Of a stretch of 64,000 nucleotides of DNA, positions 52,856 through 64,000 are shown piece after piece. Every line of letters starts with the position of its first letter. Within the stretch, counting starts at the first letter, position 1. The stretch is taken from positions 73,968,001 through 74,032,000 of the forward strand of contig NC_087436.1 in NCBI RefSeq assembly GCF_036321535.1. The letters run 5' to 3'. Source of the DNA: Camelus dromedarius (Eukaryota). The position numbers were made by a program, and so were the translations under genes. The notes below the pieces were generated by a model, which was given only the letters and a program-made list of their open reading frames with translations, did no database searches and was not told where the DNA came from.

Positions 52856-53218
52856 GGCTGTAGCCAGAACAAACACTAACATTTCTAGACATTTCTGGAA
52901 AATACCTCTAGAGGTGTCACTGCTATACAGTGTTGGAGAAGTTTGCTTTTGATAGAACAGACTAAATTTTCCTCAGCCCCATTATTTCCCTCAGGACTCA
53001 CAGCTTCTTGCAGGTCCTGTGCTGTCTCTTAATGCACCGACAAAGCTCTCCAGACTCCAAATACTTCTTGCCTCCAATGAATGGTGACTGAGCATTTTCT
53101 ACCTCTCCTCTAAACTACCTCTCCTCCAGCCATGGTCAAATACTTCTCTTAGATTAAAGAAGGCAACAAGGAGCATTTTGCCACTTATCCTTGACTCATG
53201 CCCTTGATATTCTTCCAG

Positions 53219-53419
53219 GGAAGCCCAAACATTGATGAAGAGTTCATCCTGAAACAGTTCGACATTGACTATCAGAGCAAACCAAGCTATAATGTGCTCC
53301 ACACCATGAGACCAAACCAGGTTCCTGTGGAGCTAAAGAAAGGGATTGGGCTAAATAAACTGCAGAAGCCACAGTTTTTCCAGAAACTAGACTATGAGCA
53401 GAGACTTCAGAAACCACAG
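53219..53419 (+). CDS. FAM47E: FAM47E coding exon 5 (201 nt)
   Basis: Acceptor tcttccag|; GSPNIDEEFILKQFDIDYQSKPS...FFQKLDYEQRLQKPQ; donor CAG|GTAATT. Confidence 0.93.
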
Positions 53420-53688
53420 GTAATTGGAAAAGGGGAGAAGACTGAGAATCAAAGAAAATTAAATTGTATTAAAGTTTGAAATTTTCTTGAATTCTGGTAC
53501 TTCAGAAGGCACTGGCCTTTTTCAGTAAAATTCTTGAATTTTTTTGATGTTTAATAGATATTCATAAGAAAATAGATAAATAAACATTTGTTACATGAAT
53601 TAATATTTAATGCATCTAACAAAATCAGTTATACAAATGAGGCATATGGTACTCAGCATTATTGTTAATATCTAAAGAGTCATCATTT

Positions 53689-53827
53689 GGGGGGTGGGGT
53701 ATACCTCAGTGGTAGAGCACATACTTAGTATGCACAGGGTCCTGGGGCTCAATCCCCAGTACCTCCATTAAAAAAAAAAAAACTGCATTCATATCAACAA
53801 TTTGCTTGTGAGGAAAAAAAAAAGAAT
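53689..53827 (+). mobile_element. tRNA-Ala-derived SINE with an extra 3' segment between two A tracts
   Basis: SINE body 53689-53769, A13, 31 unique nt, A10; TSD AGTCATCATTT at 53678-53688 and 53828-53838. Confidence 0.88.
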
Positions 53828-54759
53828 AGTCATCATTTCTCTCTTTATGTGTTTTATGTATTGAGACAATCTCTTTAAGTGTTTTATATATTGAAACACA
53901 TCTATGTTTTTAGGTTGAAATTTTAATGGTCAGTGGAAATACGCATGAAAGTTTATTATTGCAAGAGTAAAATGCTGCAGTTAATGGTTATGAACACTGT
54001 TTATTTTATGTCCAAAGAATTCTTGAATTTTTACAGAAGTCTTTTTGGCCACAAACCATCATTTTTGACCACATGCTTGCCTGATAGTTAACAAATTGCT
54101 CTGTCTCCCAGTACCAATTTCCTGTGAAGACAGAATAAGGAAACAGAAGAGAAAAGACATGCTGTGTTCCAAAGGGAAGTACTATGGGCCTCTAAGTATT
54201 TTTCTACACAATGTGTTACTGCAAATATATGTACAAAGTCAAATCATGCCAGTCCAACAACAGACTTCAGTGCCTAAGCGGGAGGTTGGGGGTAAGGGAG
54301 GTTATAGAGTTTATTTCTCTGCAACTCAAGATAATAATTACCCTCTCTTTTACACATCATCTTTGATACTGTATTTCCAATATTTTTGACATATTAACTT
54401 TGTCCTTTATGATTGAACATAATCAATTGACCTTTCTTACACTTATGATGTTTTCCTTCTTTGACTCTGTTGCATAAGGTTTATGAAAGCTATGCATTCT
54501 ATTACTAATATCAGCACTTTAAATTTTCCATTTTCCTCTCACCTTTCTAAAGGGTAAAATGCAAAATGGTGCTGGACAGGCAAATTATGCCCATGAGATT
54601 CAAGCACATGGGGCCTGAACCATTGCTGGCTCTGAATCTAGGCTAAATGAAATTGCTCAGTTCCCTGTATTTACCAACACTTGCACAAATGCTGCTTTAT
54701 AAAGCATGGTGGTTATTGCCAAAATTGAACTTTTGACTGGTAGACAGAAGATCACTATG

Positions 54760-55440
54760 CAAAAGTTCAAATAGGTTTCCACATAGTATCATTTTCCTTC
54801 CGCCTGAAGGACTTCCTTTAACACTTCTAGTGTAGATCTGCTGGTGAAGAATTCTCCCAGTTTTCTATGTCTGAAAATATTCTTATTCTGCCTTCACTTT
54901 TAAAGGTATTTTTGTGGGTACAGAATTCTAAGTTCAAAGTGTTCTGTTTGTTTAAAGATGTTGCTCCACTGTCTTCTTGATTGTGTTGTTTTTGATAGGA
55001 TACTGTACGTTGTTCTTATCTTTGGCTTTTTCTTGGATACTTTTAAGATTTTCTCTTCGTCACTGATTTAGTGTGATTATTACACTCATCGGTGGCTATT
55101 TCTTCATGTTGTGCTTGGGGTTTGCTAAACCTCTTTGATATGTGGGTTTATAGTTTTCAACAAATTAGGGAAAAGTTTTCTTCAAAATTTTTTTTGTCTC
55201 TCAGACCCCTCCCAGGACTCTAATTACATGTGATTAGGCTGCATGAAGTTGTCTCAGCTCATTGCTGCTCTGTTCAGTTTTTTGATTCTCTTTTCTCTGT
55301 TTCTATTGCTATGTCTTTAAATTCTCTAATTTTTTTTCCTGCAGTGTTTAAGCAGCTGCTAATTCCAGCCAGTGTATTTTTCATCTCACACATTATAATT
55401 TTCATCTCAAGAAGTCTGACTTGGGTCTTTTTTTAATATC
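54760..55440 (-). mobile_element. Ancient L1 fragment
   Basis: ttccttcgcctgaaggacttcctttaacacttc...tctgaaaatattcttattctgccttc. Confidence 0.65.
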
Positions 55441-55446
55441 TCCTAA

Positions 55447-55622
55447 TGTTGGAGATGACATTTTTGGTTGTCATTATTTGGGGGGAGCTACTGGCATCTA
55501 GTGGATAGAGACGAGGAATGCTGCTAAACATCCTACAGTGCATAGGACAGATCCCTCCCTCCACCCTCAACAAAGAATTATCCAGCTCCAATGTCAATAG
55601 TGCCAAAGTTAAGAAACCTGAC
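55447..55622. mobile_element. MER20 (hAT-Charlie), partial
   Basis: gacatttttggttgtca...ctactggcatctagtggatagag...aatgtcaatagtgccaaagttaagaaacctg. Confidence 0.88.
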
Positions 55623-55626
55623 TCTA

Positions 55627-55988
55627 CAGACAAAGACAAATATATGATATCATTTACATGTGGAAATCTAAAAATGATACAAATGAACTTATTTACAAAA
55701 CAGAAACAGACTCACAGACATAGAAAACAAACTTATGGTTACCAAAGGGGGAAGGGGTGGGATAAATTAGGAGTTTGGGACTAGCAGATACAAACTACTA
55801 TATATAAAATAGATAAACAACAAAGTCCTACCATATATATAGCACAGGGAACTATATTCAATATCTTGTAATAACCTATAATGAAAAGAATATACAAATT
55901 TCTATAGCTGAGTCACTATGCTGTACACCAGAAACTAACACATTTTAAATCAATTATACTTCAATAAAAAATAAATAAAAATTAAAAA
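55627..55988 (+). mobile_element. L1 3' end inserted at the MER20 terminus
   Basis: TSD AAGAAACCTGACTCTA (55611-55626) / AAGAAACCTGACTTTA (55989-56004). Confidence 0.88.
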
Positions 55989-56004
55989 AAGAAACCTGAC
56001 TTTA

Positions 56005-56420
56005 ATCCAGCAAATCTTTATTAAGCACCTATTGTGTCCCAAGTATTGTTCTAGATGCCAGGGGGACATAGCAGGGCAGAATCTCAGAAGCTTACATTTT
56101 CGAGGGTGAGAGGCAAGAGAGCAAACAATCGTAAAAATATACAGCATATCAAATGATGATAGGTGCTGAGAAGAAAAACAAGGCAGAGAAAGAAGACAAG
56201 CAGTGTTGTGAGGCGGTTACAGGTTTTGCATTGGGTGGTCAGGGAAGATACTACTCAAAAGATGACATGAAACAGATAAGAGAGTGAGCCACGTGGGCAT
56301 CTTGAGGAAGAGTGTTATGGCAGAGGGGCCGGTGAGTGCAAAGGCACTGAGGAAGCAGTGCAATGGGGGGTGTGCTCTAGAAACAGCAAGGAGGTCAGTA
56401 TGCTTGGAATGGAGGGATCG
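56005..56420 (-). mobile_element. L2 3' end
   Basis: cagcaaatctttattaagcacctattgtgtcccaagtattgttctag... Confidence 0.75.
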
Positions 56421-56879
56421 TAAGGCTGAATCCAGCTCTGAGAAGGGATTTCCCTCACCTCTGCTCTGTCCCATCCTCTCTACTTCAGGCAGGTGTATCT
56501 GGCTTGACTCTAGAAGGTCCCACACATTCTACCTCATAGTTTAAACATGAGTGATGAGAAAGAGGAGCAGGATCACTGTGTTTCGTGTTTCTTTGTCCTT
56601 CCCAAGCATTAGACCTCCTTTCATGATGAGTGGGTATTGCGTCCATGGCACCGGGCTACGAACCAACAGATGCACTCCTGAGAAATGGGACAAAGAAAGG
56701 AATGACACTTGTTCTTCCCCCTCTTTCTTTCAATTAAAGAGGCAAGAGACTGGTGTTAGATAGCATTCAGATCAAAAGTAGTGTACCACCTACAAGGCTG
56801 AGCACAGAGCTGGGCTCATAGTGTGGCTAATAACTTGTCATTTTGGTTGACTGAGTATTGTTTAAGCTCATTACCCTTC

Positions 56880-57080
56880 ACTGATATATGTGCTTCTTAC
56901 ATGATTTCTAGCTGCTTTACGTAATTCTCTCCTTTAGTCTCCTTAATGGGGTAGATATTATTATCTCCATTTTACAAATGAAGAATTTAAGTAACTTGTC
57001 CATGGACTCATTGCTACTAAGTGGGGGAGGATGGATTTGAGCCCAGGTTTGTCTGCATCCAAAGGCTACACTACCACATT
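56880..57080 (-). mobile_element. MIR
   Basis: tattattatctccattttacaaatgaag...ggatttgagcccaggtttgtctg. Confidence 0.75.
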
Positions 57081-57266
57081 ATTTTCTCAGTCACGAGCTT
57101 TTCATGTTACCTTCGTAAATCCAAGCATACTGAAAATTCATAAAATATTTTGGCAAGGAGTAACCATAAATTAAAAATAAATTATACCACTTTCATAAGC
57201 TAAATCTTAGATTTATTGAAATGACCAGAAAAACTAATGACATTGGGAATTATGTTATTGCTACAG

Positions 57267-57422
57267 AATCCTTATAAACCGAAATGGGTGAAGATGAGGT
57301 ATGGAGCATGGTATCTGAACACCAAGTTGTGGAAAAAGCTAAGAGCCTATGAGCCTTTGGTCGACCCCAAGGTCTTACGTCAAGCTCAGGATGGGAATTT
57401 CAAAAAGAAGCTACAGGAACAG
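57267..57422 (+). CDS. FAM47E: FAM47E coding exon 6 (156 nt)
   Basis: Acceptor ctacag|; NPYKPKWVKMRYGAWYLNTKLWKK...KKKLQEQ with the FAM47 KMRYGAWYL motif; donor CAG|GTATGT. Confidence 0.94.
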
Positions 57423-58569
57423 GTATGTACATATGCTGAGATTTGACCATCTGAGCTAAAGATGATCACAGGGCAACTGCCACCTCACACTGAAGTCAGA
57501 GTCTCCGGGGCTCCTGAAGGTCTTGTAGCTTGCATACTGAATTCAGTAATGAGAAAGCCAAGTCATTTTATGTGGAATGTGTAATAAGCAAGACCTGAAA
57601 TCTCCTGCCTTCATGGTAGACACAGGATCTCTAAAGATGGGGCAACTACTCATTGTACTATCATTCTTGATTCCATGGATAAATTGGTTGTTCAAAGGGT
57701 TCTGGACCACCTCAGTAGGAAATGGATATAACGTCATGGTTTCTTTTTGAGTAACTAAATGTGAAACTCGGGTTTTTTGTTTATTTGTTTTTCATCAGCA
57801 ATAGATGTTAAAGAATTCAAAACTGCAATCAAGAAACTACTTTTATGCAGTTCAGCAGAGTTGCAGGATCTGTCTGAGAGGGAAGGGACAAAGGTTAAGT
57901 AAGCACTGTTTGAAATGACAAAGCAACAAACACAAACAAGGATGTGCTCTAATTTTACTGCAGATAAGCTTTGTGCCTGCCCATCTCTTGTTTACAAGTA
58001 TCTAATGGAAAGAAGATACTCACTGTAGTCCCGGAAATTAGGAAATGTTGACGCAATTCTTGTACAGGACTCTGCTGAGAATATTTGTGAACCTGTTCTC
58101 TGGATAAGCAGATCCAAAACTTCTCCCAGATAAAATTGTGAAAACACTTCAAATAAGTGTTTTTCTGCATTTTATAAAAGTTATAGCATTTTCAAAAGAT
58201 GCTATAAAAATCTGACTCCTCATTCAGTCAGAAATCATACACCAACTGCCTCCTTTAGCTTGGAAAGCTGACACAGGAAGGATGGTCATTTTTATCTTTT
58301 CCAGTACTGGGTATGAAATTCTTATTTTCCGATGTGAGACATGACACAAATTTATGAGCCCAAAATGCTTATATATAAGCTTCAAAATAACTAAGTCATA
58401 TTAGGCAGAATTTCTTGGAGTATGGTTTTTGTAGCTGCCTATCTATGTGAGTTTAATACATAACATGAAACTATTCCAGTTGCACTTTTAAAAAATAATC
58501 ATTCTCAATGAATTAAATACTTAAAAATAAAAATATTTGCAAAACTTTTGTTTTAAGGTGTCCAGAAGT

Positions 58570-58670
58570 TTTATTTATGTATTTATTTTAAAATTTTTTT
58601 ATTTTAATTGAGGTACTGGGGATTGAACCCAGGACCTCATGCATGCTAAGCATGAGCTCTTCCTCTCCCT
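58570..58670 (-). mobile_element. tRNA-Ala-derived SINE lacking the A-box segment
   Basis: gaggtactggggattgaacccaggacctcatgcatgctaagcatgagctct; the accactgagctatac segment seen in the 50318 copy is missing. Confidence 0.82.
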
Positions 58671-59328
58671 CGGAAGTTCTCTTTTTAGAATTTAAATTTT
58701 TATTTTTATTATTTTATGTTGTTTTTTAAAAGATGTGTAGAAATACATTTTTAAAACTAATTCTTTAATACTTAAAGAATTTTACAAAAATATTTCTCTT
58801 GATGGTGAAAGCTAGTTAAGATGTTTGCCAAAATGGTTATAGTCAGTTCATCAATAAGAAGTGATATTTAAATTTTGGAACTATGGTTGATAAAACTATT
58901 ACAGTAAAAGATTATTTATCAGGCAATTTAGACTCAGCTAGGATTTAAAACAATGGAATTGTTCTCTAATGATCACACTTTTGTAATCCTGAGATTGATT
59001 GTCTTGTGTAGTTCAGGTGGTGCCCCTTGGCTGTGCACCCCAATTCACAAGGCACAGTCACAGTGGTGTGCTGGTAAGGGGCTGGTAAGAGGCAGTTACT
59101 AAGATGACATGGCTGTTTTGCTGGGGACACATAAGTTTTGACTGTTCTTGACTGAGTTCATTTGGAAGGTGAAATGGTCTTAAAGAACTGAATTACAGTG
59201 ATACATGTAAACTTACACATCTAAATTTTAAATTCAAGTAAGTGAAAGTAAAAAACCAAATGAATGCATGAATACCCTAAAAATACCGAGTCTTTTTTGA
59301 TCATCATGCCCTTTGGAGTTAAGATCTA

Positions 59329-59363
59329 AAATTTTATATATATACAATGTATATATATAAAAT

Positions 59364-59404
<41 letters not shown>

Positions 59405-59405
59405 A
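59329..59405. repeat. AT-rich palindrome followed by (TG)n(TA)n
   Basis: 18-bp perfect inverted repeat at 59329-59365, then TG and TA runs. Confidence 0.9.
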
Positions 59406-59484
59406 TCTAGAGATCTAGAATTTGAGAATATATATATTTGAGAATATACTTGAGTAGGAAAACACTCCTGATCCTTCCTCTACT

Positions 59485-60212
59485 GCTCTCAATTCTACAA
59501 TTTAACTCAATTCTGACACTGCCTGCCTGGAGATAGCACCAGTTTCCACAGGTTAAGGGCTCAGTCCCACAGGACTGTCCCCACTGCAGAGGCCAGTGAC
59601 AAGTCCAGCTTGTCACCTGAGTTTCTAGCTGACTGGCTATAAATCACAGGCTCCCACAACCCCCTCCTTGGGTTTGATCATCTGCTAGAACAGCTCACAG
59701 AACTTAGGAGAAGAGTTTACTTACTAGATTACTGGCTTATTATACAAGGGTACAAACAGGAACAGCCAGATGGAAGAGATGCATAGGGCAAGGTATGTGG
59801 GAAGGGGCACAGAGCTTCCTTGCCCTCTCCCAAGTACACCACCCTCCCAGAACTTCTGCATGTTCAGCAACCTGGAAGCCCTCCAAACCCCCTCCTTTGG
59901 GTTTGTATGGAGGCTCCATTGTATAGGCATGATGGATTAACTCACTGGGTGTTGGCTGAAAGCGCCAACCCTCTGCCCACATGGCTGTTTCCCTGATAAC
60001 CAGCCCCCATCTTGTGGCTATCTAGGGGCTTTCCAAAAATCACCTCATTAAAGTAAACTCTGGTGTGGCTGAAAGGGGCTTGTTATGAATATGGAAAGAC
60101 TCTCACCTTCATGGCTCTTATCACTTAGGAAATTCCAAGGGTTTTAGGAGCTCTGTGCCAGGAATGAGAAAAGACTAAATATGTGTTTCTTATTGTAAAT
60201 CACAGTGTCACA
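59485..60212 (-). mobile_element. MER21-like solo LTR
   Basis: caattctgacact...ggttaagggctcagtcccacaggactg...gaacagccagatggaagagatgcatagggc...aaatcacagtgtcaca. Confidence 0.82.
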
Positions 60213-60516
60213 ATTGTTAATCTCAAATATATTAGATTCCAGACATCCTCAGTCAATAATTGTCTAATTGATAAATTGTGTTTCTTATCCTTAATACAAA
60301 GGTAAGAAAAAGGATGGGAAAAGAGAGAATGTTGGATATCTTTTGAAAGCCTTTATAGTCATCACTTTTGAATGTTACTTACACACATTCCCAAATGAGA
60401 GGGAAGTGCTTTAAAATGAGGTACTTGATAAAGAGCTAAGTGCTTTTAATTAGGACAAGTATGAAATCAAGCTTCTGACAGTTGACTGGTTTTTTAAAGT
60501 GTGGACCCTTTTTCAG

Positions 60517-60591
60517 GAGTTACTTGCAGACCTTCATGGAACAGGTGCCTTTAAGGATTTCATTCTGAGCAGGGGCTACAGGATGCCGACT
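60517..60591 (+). CDS. FAM47E: FAM47E coding exon 7 (75 nt); terminal exon not found in the window
   Basis: Acceptor ctttttcag|; ELLADLHGTGAFKDFILSRGYRMPT; donor ACT|GTGAGT. Exons 1-7 total 1158 nt = 386 codons with no stop. Confidence 0.92.
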
Positions 60592-61671
60592 GTGAGTAAA
60601 GAGTCAGTTTGGAAAGGCCTGCTGAGGGGCTCACAACTGTTGATGGGAAGGGGTCAGCATGGGAAGGGGTCAGCACCGTGACAAAATCAAAATCCTTCTC
60701 TTACAGGAGCATGCCAGGACTCAGCCCTGGGAGGAAGGACTTGCTTTCCCCAGACAGGGGCCCAGGGATGGGATTTATCATTCTGCTCTTTTCATTCTGC
60801 TGTTCATTTTCTCCCTGCTGACTCACCTCCCTCACCCATCACCCAGTAAGGTTTGGCCTTAATGGGACCAAAGTGAAAGGGATCTATGTGCAGGGTGTGT
60901 GCCTGCTCCTAAAACACTGAGTCCTCCAGGAAGTATGACGTCACCATCATTTCCACATCTAAGGACAAGGAGCTGTGCTGGGGTCAGGACAAAGTGGAGT
61001 TGGGGTCACAGTACTATCATTGTGCCATATGTGAGGTATAGGAGGATGCAGACTAGGGCAAAAGTTCACTTTCCAGGAGGCCCTCCAGGGTCTTCTGTAT
61101 TTTTCCCACTTTGTCTTTTCCTCTTTCTAGTCTCCCCTCCCTTGGTTTGTACAGCTGACCCCAGCTGCCTCCCACATGGAGGGCCCTCCTCCCACCTCCC
61201 CGAGACCACAGGTAACAAGAGTTGGGTTACCTGGGAGGCTGGCAGAGCAGATCATTTAGCAGGAGGGCCTGCAGCCTGGAGCTCTGTACCAAGACCAGCC
61301 CTGTTGTTGCAGTAGGAAGCCAGCTAGGCATGGGGCCAGAGTCATGGCTGATAAGTTATGCCTTTGTCCAGTGTCCTCTGTGCACATGTCCCATGAAGCT
61401 TTTAGGAGGCCGTGCAGCCAAGATGGTAGAAGTTCGTGGAAATAGGATACTGGATTTCTTTTTTTCCAAGAATGATAGAACTAACAATAGCTTATACTTA
61501 CTGGCATTCAGATATACTAACCAAGCTCAGATCCAGACTGCTTTCAAAGTTACATCAGGCGATGTGAGGGGAAGTCTAGAGTGTGAAGTAGACATGGGGC
61601 CAAAAGACTCCATTACAGAACTAGGATGAAATCTCTCCTTTAGCTCTGAGCGTCAATAATAAGCCTGATAG

Positions 61672-63372
61672 ACAACCTACAGGTTTAATGTGATCCCTAT
61701 CAAATTACCCAGGACATTTTTCACAGAACTAGAACAAATAATCCTAAAATGTATATAGAATCAGAAAAGACTCAGAATTGCCAAAGCAATCCTGAAGAAT
61801 AAGAACGAAGCTGGAGGAAAAACCTCCCAGATGTCAGACAATACTACAGAGCTACAATAATCATAACAGTATGGTATTGGCACAAAGACAGACATATGGA
61901 TCAGTGGAACAGAATAGAGAGATCAGAAATTAACCCCGACACCTATGGTCAGTTAATCTTCCACAAAGGAGGCAAGAATACACAGTGGAGAAAAGACAGT
62001 CTCTTCAGCAAGTTGTGTTGGGAAAACTGGACAGCAGCATGTAAATCTGTGAAGTTAGAACACTCTCTTCACACTATACACAAAAATAAACTTAAAATGG
62101 CTTAAAGACTTAAATATAAGACAAGACACTATAAACCTCCTAGATGAAAACATAAGCAAAACATTGTCCGACATAAATCTTAGCAATGTTCTCCTAGGGC
62201 AGCCTACTCAGGCAATAGAAATAAAAGCAAAAATAAACAAATGGGACATAATTAAACTTACAAGCTTTTGCACAGCAAAGGAAACCATAAGTAAAACAAA
62301 ATGACAACCTATGAAATGGGAAAAAATTTTTGCAAATGAAACCGACAAAGGCTTGATCTCCAGAATATATAAGCAGCTCATACAAGTTAATAACAACAAC
62401 AACAACAAAAAACAACCTAATCCAAAAGTGGGTAGAAGACCTAAACAAGCAGTTCTCTAATGAAGACATAATGGCCAATACGCACATGAAAAAAAAAGCT
62501 CAATATCACTATCAGAGAAATGCAAATCAAAACTATAATGAGGTATCACCTCATACCAGTCAGAATGGCCATCATTCAAAAGTCCACAAACGATAAATGC
62601 TGGAGAAGGTGTGGAGAAAAGGGAACTCTCCTACACTGCTGGTAGGAACATAGTTTGGTGCAACTATTATGGAAAACAGTGTGGATATTCCTCAAAAAAC
62701 TAAAAATAGACTTACCATATGATTCAGCAATCCCACTCCTGTGCATATATCCAGAGGGAACTCTAATTCAGAAAGATACATGTACCCCAATGTCCATAGC
62801 AGCACTATATACAATAGTCAAGACATGGAAACAACCTAAGTGTCCATCGACAGATGACTGGATAAAGAAGTTGTGATATATTTATATGATGGAATACTAC
62901 TCAGCCATAAAAAAGAATAAAATAACGCCACTTGCAGCAACGTGGATGGACCTGGAGATTGTCATTCTAAGTGAAGTAAGCCAGAAAGAGAAAGAAAAAT
63001 ACCATATGATATCACTCATGTGGAAACAAACAAATAAAAAGGACACTAATGAACTCATCTACAAAACAGAAACAGACTCACAGACACAATAAACAATCTT
63101 ATGGTTACTGGGGGAAAGGGGAAGGGGGTGGGGAGAGATAAATTTGGGACTTCGAGATTTGCAATTGTTAACCACTATATATAAAAACAGATAAACAACA
63201 AACTCCTACTCTATAGCACAGGGAACTATATTCAGTATCTTGTAATAACCCTTAATGAAAAAGAATATGAAAATGAGTATGTGTATATATATATATATAT
63301 GTATGCATGACTGGACATTATGCAGTATATCAGAAATTGACACATTGTAACTGACTACACTTCAATTAAAAA
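61672..63372 (+). mobile_element. 1.7-kb 5'-truncated L1 in FAM47E intron 7 (disrupted ORF2 C-terminus plus 3' UTR)
   Basis: ORF2 peptides DQWNRIE...YGQLIF...KDSLFSK and [10 protein letters not shown]; perfect 17-bp TSD AATAATAAGCCTGATAG at 61655-61671 and 63373-63389. Confidence 0.93.
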
Positions 63373-63429
63373 AATAATAAGCCTGATAGTTAATATACTT
63401 ACACACATTTACATACTTTTAATAACTGC

Positions 63430-63655
63430 CTCATGTATATACAAATGCCACATAAGTGTATTTATATCTATTATGTAAGTATAATTATAAAATATGCTTA
63501 TATACTTTATGATTAAATAATTGTATTTGTCACATATTTATATATAAAATTATACTTAAAATAATATGTGATATGTGTGCATATATAAATGTACATATAT
63601 ACACACATATATTCTTCTTGTCCAGATATATATATATATATACACACATATATAT
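63430..63655. repeat. AT-rich low-complexity / (TA)n region
   Basis: Degenerate TA/CA runs read directly. Confidence 0.7.
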
Positions 63656-64000
63656 TCCTTCTTTGCTCTTGATATTATGACTCAATGTTTTTTCTTAATA
63701 TTTTTAGTGGCAATACACATTTTTAAAATTTTGATTTGTCCTCTTTGGTTTAATCCATTCTGTTGATGAACATTTAGTTCAATTTTGGGCAAAAGGAAGC
63801 ACGCCTGATGACTGGCTATACTCTTTTAGCTGCATTGACTAAAGGGAGCTAATGCCTCTGGCTACAGCTAAGTGCTCTGAGAACACTGTCACTCAGAACC
63901 CTGGAATATTTTCTCCCTTTATTCTTACATCCTGAATCCTCTATTTTATCAATAAGATTTCAACTAAAAGAGAGGAGGGAATCTATTATAGTAAACTTTA

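Noticed and set aside
22450..58670. tRNA-Ala(AGC)-like sequences as real tRNA genes
   Set aside because: They have stem mismatches, A-rich tails and flanking duplications, so they are SINE copies.
60899..61629. 138-aa and 135-aa ORFs in intron 7 as the FAM47E last exon
   Set aside because: No resemblance to the FAM47E C-terminus as I recall it, and no coding-like character.
61896..63092. L1 ORF2-like ORFs (also 30250-30855 and 10904-11122) as functional genes
   Set aside because: 5'-truncated, broken by stops and frameshifts, or simply translated 3' UTR.
1..64000. CRISPR array, operon or other novel multi-gene system
   Set aside because: No repeat-spacer arrays or dense ORF clusters; the window is explained by two known mammalian genes, introns and interspersed repeats.

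Overview
Mammalian genomic DNA, most likely a camelid: it carries several tRNA-Ala-derived, vic-1-like SINEs, and I see no Alu, B1/B2, BovB/Bov-tA or PRE-1. The window holds two divergent genes, each with its own CpG-island promoter. SCARB2 (LIMP-2) lies on the minus strand: coding exon 1 is 15957-16073 and intron 1 runs to the left edge. FAM47E lies on the plus strand with seven coding exons from 36830 to 60591; they splice at GT-AG sites into one open 386-codon frame, and the stop-containing exon is not in the window. The rest is interspersed repeats (L1, L2, MIR, LTRs, DNA transposons, SINEs), many nested and with readable target-site duplications (TSDs). I found no new multi-gene system. 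The best leads are an ISRE, an M-box and a CLEAR motif at SCARB2; a possible divergent first exon; a longer FAM47E exon 2; a candidate RFX box; two retroelements with apparent 3' transductions; and several non-B DNA motifs. Repeat family names and human comparisons are from memory and need a Dfam/RepeatMasker run and alignments.
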